Assembly (NCBI RefSeq): GCF_009914755.1
Contig: NC_060931.1
Length of the DNA stretch: 64,000 bases
Origin: the human T2T-CHM13v2.0 reference genome, Homo sapiens
Reading direction: 5' to 3' (one strand)
This document shows positions 52,534 through 64,000 of this stretch, piece after piece. The translations under genes were made by a program, and so were the position numbers. The stretch's first letter is position 1, and each line of letters begins with the position of its first letter. A model generated the notes under the pieces. The model saw nothing but the letters and a program-made list of their open reading frames with translations, did no database searches and was not told the origin of the DNA.

Positions 52534-55500
52534 AAGAGCCTGACCTTTACCTGGGCCATGCAGGGACCCACAATGAGGCCCAAGATCTCCCCGGTAAAGA
52601 GCCTGATCTTTACGGGGGGGATCCTGGGCCTTGCTGTGTGTTCCTATTTTTAGTTTCGTTATGATGCCAGGCATCATAAAGTACATGAAATGGACATATC
52701 TTCATTGAAAGATTTGTAAAAATTTGGTTATTTTTTATTTTGGTCTTTTGGTTCTGTTTCACTTAAAATCCAATAAAAATGATACTAAAGTCTAGTTTGA
52801 TATTTTATGCTCCCCCAAGTGTTTTCCTTGATAGCTCATGGGAAGCATGTTCTGTGGTATGGCACACCGGCCGCTCCTGACACTCAGTGCTGGGGAGGGG
52901 CTGCTGTGTCGGGGGCTGCCTCATCCTCTCTTCTCCACCACCCCTGACACTTGCAGACACAGGGAAGTCACAGGCTCCCTGATTCCCCTGGGGTGTCACC
53001 GAGGCCCAGCATGGGTAACGTACGTGGATCTATAAGTCAAGTGGCAGATCGTGTTGTTTCTACTCTCAGTCCAGCACTTGTCTTCCCTCTCACATTTAAA
53101 CTGAGCATTTGATTTGAGAGGTTACACAATTTTAAAACTTATCTGAAGACATAGACAAAGTCTCATAAATATTTTCTCCTATTTTTAATTGGCAAATTAA
53201 AAGTTTAGATTTTCTTTTTAGTTCTATGACTGCCATGGACGAAAAGTGCCCTCACATCCTGAGAGAGTTAACTTGCCTTGCTGATCAGGAAACCACCTGC
53301 AGTGGGCTTGCGGCAGATGAGAAACTGGCTTTGATCCCCACAGAGGGCTGCCTTACTACATGCAAATGTTGGATGTTGGCAGGATACTGGGCTTGGAGCA
53401 TGGGCAGGATCTTGGAACCCTAACTCTGAGATCTGTGGAGCCCCTAACTTCCTGACTCCATACTCAGTGATCTAACAGCCTGACCTGGGCAGCTTTGGGG
53501 AAAGTACTAGAGGACTTCACGCTCTGAAGAATAAGGTAAGCATGCAATGTCCTTTCTTCTGCCTGAGGAATGAATATTGCCAGATGTGACGGATTCACCC
53601 AAAGGCAGCTTCTTCAACTAGTCTTCTTGGAAAAAGAAAGATATGACTGTAGGTGAGCTATTTCTTCAATTAAGACTTAAAAAAATAAACAGTCTGAATT
53701 AGTGCATTTTAATGGAAACTGGTAGATTCTATTATTTGGGCAGAGTGATAATTGGCATCATATTGTAGGAAAGTAAAAAGGCATCACTCAAGTTCATTTT
53801 CAAACATGAAAAACCAGGTTAATTTGTCAACGGCATAATGCTTAGCCACTTAGAGATTCAGATTGCAGCTCCTGCATTTTATGGTCATTTTACTTTAATT
53901 AAAAACTGAATATGAGAGGATAGAACAATTTTCCTTGGATTTTTTCCTATCTGGTGTTAGCTTCCCAATCACTGGCTCTGTGCTAATGTGGCTGATTCCA
54001 GGCCTGTTGACCACCAATGCACCTCTGATATCTCTCCTCATCTGTAAAGTGGACATTCTATTAGAACCTACTTCACAAGGGTGCTCTAAAAATTAAATTG
54101 AAGAACTACATGATGAACATTTGCTGAGGGCTTGCACACCATAAGCAGTTGCCAAATTTCAGTCCTCATTCTCTCCTCTCTACACTCCTGGCACTTAAAG
54201 ACACAGGGAAGTCAGAGGCTCTCTGGTTCTCCTGGGGAGTCACCAAGGCCCAGCGTGGGTGAAGGACTTGCTAACAGCCACCTGAAGCCCACACTTTATC
54301 TCCTATGCTCTGTGATCAGGCCTCTTGCAATGATATTACAGCTGCTTTGTATGCCCTCCCCCACACACACACAAAAAATTGTTTGAGAAAAGACAGAGGC
54401 AACTTTGTATGACTCTAATCTTTGCTCCACTTAAAAATCCCAGCTAGTCTCTGTGTGTTAAGATAAACTCTCCTGGAAGGCGTCTGAAGGAAAAGCAAAT
54501 ATTTTGACCATTAAAAGAACCTCTAAATAACAAATGTCAAAGACAGGGCATGTGTTAGGCAACTTCACTTATCTCAGGGTTTGCAGGCTACTTTGCTTCA
54601 CTTTTTCAGTCTGTTTGTAAGTGATTATATTATAGGAATCTTTGACAATAAGATTTGGTCAGCTAAGAGGCAATAATAAGATGCATATGAAAGTCTCCCT
54701 TAAATAGAATTGATGTCTGGCTAAAATTAACTGCAATGTTTTAAATGTGTCTTCTGTTGGAACCTTTATACAGGGTAGGTTGTGTAAAGGAAAGGGCAGT
54801 TTAGTGTGGGAGAAGCCTATTTTAAGGACAATATTCTGCAGGTAATTTGAGATAGTCCTGAGCATGTTTACCATCTTCATCACTCAGGTCTATATTTTCA
54901 GAGGGTTTTGGCTGCCTCGTATAAACAGCTATTGAAATTTTAAATGAATATTTATAGAATTCAGCTTAATTGCCTACTTAGAATGATAGAATTTAGTCAT
55001 TCCACAAAGATAATGAGGGTTTAATGTACTGCAGGAATTGACCACATTAATTCATTCAAGCCATTCTCTGAACACTTCCTCGCTCCTGCTATGTGCCAGG
55101 CATTCCTCTATGAATTGGAAGATGCCCAACAGAATAATCTATGTCCCTGATACCTGAATCTAATTTTAATATAAGCTGTAGCTAAGAGTTTTTAAATGTG
55201 TACTATGTGTGAGGCACTGTGCTAATTTATTTCTCAACACATCCCTGTGAAGTTGATGTATATGTTTTTCTGTATTACAGATAAGGAAACTGAGTCACAA
55301 AGTGTTTGTCTCCTGGCCCTCATCACCCAGCTCATGATTGGGTTATACTTTTAGGCTGCCTTGAATGTCAACACCACAACAGGAAGTGCGGAGGTGAGCA
55401 CTTCCATCTACACTTCTCATGTATTTCTTAGAAAACATAGATGCCAATTAACGTCATGTCATCTGTCCTAGATGAGTTACAGTACGTTGGTATGATTTCT

Positions 55501-56224
55501 GTGCATTTTCTAAGATTTTTGCCACTTCCTAGTTGTTTATGTTATTTAGTTCCAATTTCATTTTTTAAAAAACTGGAGTTTTACCTACTTTTGTCTCGCA
55601 GGTGGTGGCGCTTCTCTTTTGCCCACCAAAAAAAAAAAAGAAGGAGAGAGAGGGGAAAGACAGAAAGAGAGGGAGAGAGATACAGAAAGAGAGAGAGGGA
55701 GAGAATGAGCACACACACTTAAACCTGAGTACTAGATATCCCTGTGTTTTTTGTTCCTTTCCTCACATCAAGAATGGAATGTCTCTTGGGCTACTATGGT
55801 GCTTAATCCTCTTCTATCCCTCATTTCATTACTGTCTACGTCCAAATCTGTATTTATTTATTATGCAGGTCAGGATATAGATAATTTTATTTTGCTTTCT
55901 CCTTTTAAACCAGGCCCTATGGGCTTTGTCTTTCATTTATAAAATGGCACATCAAAGCACTATGATGAACACATGGATTTCTATTTCAAAGTGGAAGGAA
56001 GTCTGCCAAGGAGGATGGAAGCACCAATAATTAGTTACATGTCAAACAGAATTTGTGTTGTTCTGGTTCCACTGAGGTAAATATTAATCCCCACCTTAGA
56101 CTCAGTGCCTTGCCCAGGATCCAGCCAGGAGGAGGGAAAGGCAAGACCTGAGTCCACATATTCCCACTCCTAGCACAGGCCTCCTTACAGCTCCTCCTCC
56201 CCACTAAGATGCCCATCTTTGAGT

Positions 56225-57770
<1,546 letters not shown>

Positions 57771-58129
57771 TCAACTTATTACAGTTTTCTGTCAAAAGGT
57801 AGTACAATATCTTGAGGAAAAAGTGCCTTTTCTAATTCTCAGAAGGGTTGGATGAATCATTGGAATGTGAGGGTGAAAGAGTCAGTTAAGAACCAGATCA
57901 CGAAGGGCCCTGTTGGCCACATTGTATCATATGGGCTTCCTTCTTCAGGCCATGGGAAACAATTCATGGTTTTTAGGCCAAGGATGGGCCTGATGAGAGC
58001 ATTGATTTAAAAAACTAATTTGAGCATACATACAAACACGAAGGATGGATTCAAAGATAAATTTAGAAATGTAAGCCCCATAAAAAATGGTTTATTATAA
58101 ATTATTGACAATGCATCTAATATGCACAC

Positions 58130-58149
58130 AAGCACACACACAGACACAT

Positions 58150-58187
<38 letters not shown>
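58130..58187. repeat. (CA)n microsatellite
   Basis: Direct observation. Confidence 0.95.
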
Positions 58188-58189
<2 letters not shown>

Positions 58190-58429
58190 CCCTAACACTT
58201 TTTTTAGTTTCTGAAAGTTCACTGGATTGCTGGATTTGAAGCCAAAGGACATACAATTGAATCTTCTCCTTCTATGATTACCAGCTGCAGGGCCTTGGAA
58301 ATGTTCCTCAATCTTACTGTAAAATGAAGATAAGAGTTGTGCATTTGTGGAGAGAATATCAGATCATGAAAAACAGAGGTTTTAAGTAGAAGCGTCCTTC
58401 CATGTATGTCCCCTACATCTTGTGCTTCT

Positions 58430-60060
58430 GTCCTGGCATGCCTCATCTCAAAGGTCAGTGTCTTCCTGCCCCAGGCTGATCCTTACACAGCTTCTGTGTC
58501 CTTGGGACTTTGACCCTACCCAACCACTCACCCGTCTCACTTTGTCAACAGTTACTTCCTTGCTTCTGGTGCATCCCCTCAAGATATGAAAATGTTCAAA
58601 ATAGCCACCTTAAAAAAATAAAATAAATAAAGCTGTTAAACACTTCTATTAACCTTAGTTGTTGTCTAGTGATTCAACTTCTTTTGCTTCAGAGAAAAGC
58701 TTTACATTAACTCTTCATGACCTCACTCCTCACCCAGCTCTCCACCTACTGCATCTTTTTCTCCACTTCTCCAATGAAATGATCCTTACTTGGTGAAACA
58801 TGACTCTTTCCCTTTCTGGGTCTGGTTTCCCAGCTACCCCTTCCACCTCTGAGCTACCTGAGATTTTGCATCCAATTCCGTTGATGCTTGTAACTTAGGG
58901 GATCAAGAAAACCAAACTGACCCATTATTCCCTCGGCCTTTGAAAGTGTCTTCCCTTATTTTTCTCTTATTTCCTAGACTGTTTCTTGACAGATTTTTAG
59001 GGATGCTCCAATTTTCCTGCTTACTCCTAAGTCTACAACTTCCACCCACTTCTTAGTCTGAGCTATTTTCTTTCATGCTTTCCTCTCCAGATTTGCCTAC
59101 AAATACCACCCCATGTTAGAGGTTCCTCATTTCTGATCTCCAAAACAGAGATCAGTAAGTCCTACCCCCGCTGCACTTTCAACTCTATGTTTTCTCACAT
59201 TATTTTATTTCCCAGCATACCTGATCTTCATATATTTTCTGCAGCTGATATTCCTTGATTCCTGCAACAAATTCTAAGTTCCAACTGTGAGCCAAGCATT
59301 ATGATGGAACAAGGGCCCCAAGGGTTGACAAAACTGTCCTTGTTCTCCAAGCACTTCACTGTGCAACAGACCATGAACCAGGGATCTAGACAGGATCACT
59401 GCCTGACCCAATCAGCCTTCCATTGAGTTGAGTCAACGTAGCACTCTCAGGATCTCTCAAATTTGCCCTTTTCCTATTTTCTTTCTACCTTCACCCTAGT
59501 TCAAGCACGTCTCGTTTTTTGGTCGATACTGCAATATGAATGCTCCTCCTTCATAAAATGCATGTCCTAAAATGCATTGGCCTATTTGAAATTCTACAAA
59601 TTCTACAGCTAGATCTTCCATCACTCTCAGGATAAACTTAAAGTTCTTTGGCATGATAGTCAATATTTTATGATGCTTCTTGGCATGGAAATCCTCTCCA
59701 AATGTACTGTGTTCCTTGGATACCAGGGTCCCAAACATCCCTGAACTTGCCTTACTCCATGGTCTCAAATCCCTGTGCATTTGTACCTGCCCTTCTTCTA
59801 ATATCCTCACCTCTTCCTCTTTCCTCACTTATCTAATGCCTACTGTTCTTTGAAACTCAGTCCTTGAGTTCTATTTGGGAGCTTCCCCAAACCCTGGGCA
59901 GTTGGTAGTTTTGTGTTTTAGACATATCATGCCTTTCAAATGCAGCACTATCTGCTACGTCTGTCTTACACACCATCATTGGAGCTACTTAAGGAGAGAG
60001 ACATTGAATCTCCTGCCTGCAGCCTGGGGTCCGGCACGTAGGAGATACACAAGAAGAGTG
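58430..60060 (+). mobile_element. Fragmented L2
   Basis: Pyrimidine-rich L2-like motifs, e.g. CATCACTCTCAGGATAAA...AAAGTTCTTTGGCATG and CCTACTGTTCTTTGAAACTCAG. Confidence 0.55.
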
Positions 60061-62520
60061 GGCTAAGTCAGAGGACTGATTATTCGTATAAAAGGGCTTT
60101 TTGAAATCTAAATCTTGAAGGTAAAGAAAGTAAAATTATCAGATAAGTTTATGCTGTCCATCTATGTAAGAAATCTTAAAAATGTAGTTAATCTTAGTTG
60201 CAACATGATTTTTCCTTCTGTTTAAAGACATGACTCTATTTTATTCTGGTATAAAAGGTCTTTTTGGCCAAAAAACATCCTTCTCCTTATGAGGAATTGG
60301 AAATAGGGCTGAGTGTCCTGGTTAGAGCAGAGGAAAAGGCAGGAAAAGCCCCAACCAGCTGCTGCCTGTCTTGGTCCCCTCATCAAGTGCCGCCAATGCT
60401 GTAAAAGTAAATAAACACTGGAGGAGCCGAGCATTCATCTAGCGAGGTTTGACCTTTCCTGAACCTCAGCATCTTACCCTGCAGTCTTGCTTATATCCAT
60501 CTCCATCTGTTTGGTCTGGGGCTGGAGCTGGATGACTCCTGACTCCAGAGGATCATGATGACACATGAGCTTGGGCTCTTGCAGAGGGGACAGGACAGCT
60601 CTGGTGTGGCTCAGCCTGGAGCTATGCTCCCAAGCAGCATCCTAGCCATTTTTGTTTTCAGTCCATGAAGCATAGCTTCCCTATTTGACTTTGGAGCCCA
60701 AAACTCAAGGTGCTCCATGATATAGAGCCTGAAAAAAAGAATGTTAAAAATGCAAAAATCACTACTAAAGGGTTGGTGTATTACACTGTGAGGGCAAAGT
60801 GCCCCTGCCGCAACTCTGCTGCTGATGTGGGCCCTCCTCAGTGGAGGACTGCACCAGGGCAGTCGGGTGAGAGCAACACAGAAGATGGTCCTCTAGAGAA
60901 ATAGCACGATACCACACAGCCTGGGTGACAGGCGCCTCTGAAGCCTGCGGGCTGCAGGACCAAGGGGATAATTATTTAAATTTCATATTCACTGTATATC
61001 AGACCCTGAGCTAGATGCTCCCACCTACCTAATTTTGTACCCATATTGGTACAGGAAGAAATCATGGAAGGCTTAGAATGTGGGAATGACTTGCTCAAAA
61101 TCACAGGCCAGGGAGAGGCAGAGCTGCATGGCAGTGTAGCATTTCCCTCCTGTCATTACTTCACCTAATCTTAAGGATAAAACTGGCCCTGGATTTACAA
61201 ACATTGGAATTCCAGTTTAAATTTTCAAAAAAATATAACTACTCCTCACCCTAACCCTCTGTGCATGCACACAGAGACTGGAGGGAATGAAGAGAGTGCA
61301 GAGGGGAGACACTGGGAGGAAGGTAGTCTGGAACATGACGGGAAGACTCAGGGATCAGGGGCCAGTGGTGAGGTAGGTCGAGCAGTGAGGAAGGCCAAGA
61401 AATAGCAGGAGCAATATGCAAACTTCAAATGGCTCTCAGTTATTCATTGTATGTTCCCTTCTGAGGAAGGCAGCAAGAATAAAACATTAAAATGCTCTAT
61501 GTTAACATCTTAAGTTTTAAAAAATGAAGCTGAGCTTGAGTTTACCACACTTGGCTTTAAGGACCTTACAGTGATCTTGCATTCTCAACCCCATTAGTTC
61601 CCCTGTGTCTCAGGCTTTCTACCCTGAGTGGGTTTATTACTGAAATAATTGTCATGAAGATGCCCTACCGGACACATCATGAGCTTTGGTTACTATTTCC
61701 TGTTATCATCATGAGTGTTATTTTCTACAGATCCACATCAACTAATATCAATTAGCCTCGGGCTCAGAGGTGGTTTTCCTGGGTCCTGCCGCCCCTAAAT
61801 GAAATTCAACCTCCTCATTCTAAAAAAATCAACATTAGGGAGAAAAAACAGCCTAGCTCTTTTTGAAATTTGTTATTGACCTGCAAAAGAAGAGTCCCTC
61901 ATTTGATCTACAGAGCTTGGGCAGTGGGGCCGGGTGGCAAAGGGGATGCACATTTGAGGAAGCAAGGAGGCTGCAGGGACAGAAAGCAGATAGGAGACAG
62001 GGAGCGAGGGCTTCAACAGGTCTCTAAGCTAAGGCATGGGGCCTTAGACAAACCACGTTTCCCTCTTCAGTGGGGGGCTATGTTCTCAGAGAGTTATGCC
62101 TTTTTTTCATCTTGCAGAACCTGACTCATTAGTGAGTTGTAAATTCAATATAATGGGTTGTAACTCATATTTTAAAATAGAATAAACAGAAGACGAGAGG
62201 TCAAGTTGGGATAGGATGTGGAGGAGAAGTGATGGGAAAACATCAGAATGTACTGCATGGAGCAAAGGTAAATCCTCTTCCATGATGATTTTACTTCTAT
62301 TGTATGTGTGGCAACAGAAGCACTGGATTGTGGTATAAAATATATTTCCTGTAAAATTATACACCGTGTTTTATGGTAAACAGGATTTTTGAAGTTGCTG
62401 GTTCGGCACACACATTGCCAACCAAGTATTCACCTCAGAAAAGTGCAACATGTTTATCCTCTCTCGCAGAATGTCAGCTCCAGAGAAGACTGAACTTGAT
62501 AATCTGAACATGCGCAGCCA

Positions 62521-62913
62521 CTACTGTGGATTGAATGTTTTGTCCCCTCCAAAACTCATGTTGAAATTTACTCCCCAGTGCAACAGTCTTTGGGAGGTGG
62601 GGCCTGATGGGAGGTGTGTAGGTGGTGAGGGCTCCACTCAGGCATGGGCCTGTGGCATCATAACAGGGCTGGCAGGAGTGCTTAGCTTTTTTCAGCTCTT
62701 CTGCCATGCAACAAAGAGTGCTCCTCCCCTCCAGAGGATGTCACGGTCAAGGTGCCATCCTGGAAACAGACAGCAGCCCTCGCCAGACACCCAAACTGCC
62801 AGTGCCTAATCTTGGACTTTCCAGCCTCCAGAACTGTGAAAAATAAGTGTATATGCTTTATAAATTACCCAGTCTCAGGTATTCTCTTATAGCATCACAG
62901 AACAGACTAAGGC
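62521..62913 (+). mobile_element. MST (MSTB-like) MaLR solo LTR
   Basis: TGAATGTTTTGTCCCCTCCAAAACTCATGTTGAAATTT...TTATAAATTACCCAGTCTCAGGTATTC...GACTAAGGCA. Confidence 0.88.
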
Positions 62914-63879
62914 AGCCAACTTCCTTCCCACCTAAAAAGCTCATTATGAAAGAAAAATATTTTTAAAGCTCTACTAGCACTGGGAAATAAAAGCTAAAAG
63001 CCTTTAGCCAAGCAGAACATTTACAGCACTCCTGGAAGTCAACAACAAACAGATCTACGGAGAAACAAGTCCAGAGCAATCACAGGCCAACAGCCAGGCC
63101 ACGTAGTGGTGTTGCGTATTTGACACACTCAAAACTCAGGCTCAACAGACATTGGCAGTGGGGTTGTGGGGACAGTTTTAATGGGTAAGGATTGGGAATA
63201 AGTGTTTAGGAGAGATATACTATCATTTCGTTACCCCTACCACTTAAGGCCAACCACATTTATTCCCACACTAAACCAGCAAAGTGGGCACGGAAGCCAG
63301 CTAGGCATAGCCACACCCCAGGTAACTTGCAAAACTCAAAAGGGACAAGAGCACAGTCCCTCTTCCTAGAGGACAAGCTATCATGGAAATTATTGGCAGA
63401 TACACAAACACAAAAAATAAAGTGAAAATATTTGCTGCAAATGTGACAAAGGAGTAAGCTCTAGAGGAGCCTGATTCACCGTGAAACATTTAATGACACT
63501 AAAGCTCTGGGCCACCCACTTGTGTGGTTCATCCTAGGGTGGTGGCAAAGGCCTAACAAAGAATGGTCACATTCTTATTTAATTTTGCATTATTTCTCCT
63601 GCAGCTGACGCCTCAAATTTTATAAGCTTCAAAGACCACAAAAGATAATTCATCCTAGATATTCAGAGTTAAGATAAAATAGTTAAGAGTTAAGATAATA
63701 TAAATCACTCAGAAAAAATACATACAGTACAATATATGGGGAAAAGATATAAACAATTTATAGAAGAAAATATATAAATGGTAAATAAGCATAAAACATA
63801 ATCTCTATCTTGTTTATAATTAGAAATATGTAGATTAAAATAAAAACGAAAATTTTTCCCTCAGATATGCAAAAAAATA

Positions 63880-64000
<121 letters not shown>

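Overview
Primate (simian, probably hominoid) intergenic, repeat-rich DNA: Alu, L1, L2, MIR, MaLR/ERV1 LTRs, MER53 and microsatellites. No spliced protein-coding gene is recognisable. There are two retrocopies: a decayed MRPL42 processed pseudogene (minus strand, ~5.4-5.9 kb) and an intact 293-codon SRSF8-type (SRSF2-derived) ORF at 32243-33124. The SRSF8-type ORF lies inside a 2.9-kb insertion (31578-34483) bounded by a 13-bp target-site duplication that splits an old L1MC, so it appears to be a retrocopy of a retrogene. The insertion also carries a compact candidate promoter: two DUX4-consensus motifs 20 bp apart, TATAAA at -31, an Inr and an ATG-free 5'UTR. This makes it a candidate DUX4-inducible (zygotic genome activation/FSHD-type) SR splicing-factor retrogene, with Arg at the position of the SRSF2 P95 hotspot and a minisatellite-expanded RS/SY domain. 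A G77W change in the RRM argues it may be decaying. From memory the MRPL42 pseudogene plus SRSF8-like pair resembles the human 7p12.3 MRPL42P4/SRSF8CP region or an ape orthologue; an AluYd3a1-type element hints at gibbon. Neither the locus nor the species is verified. Other oddities are a 79-bp-arm palindrome, a polyadenylated LTR fragment and a locally templated duplication. Repeat subfamily names come from recalled consensus sequences and most repeat boundaries are approximate.
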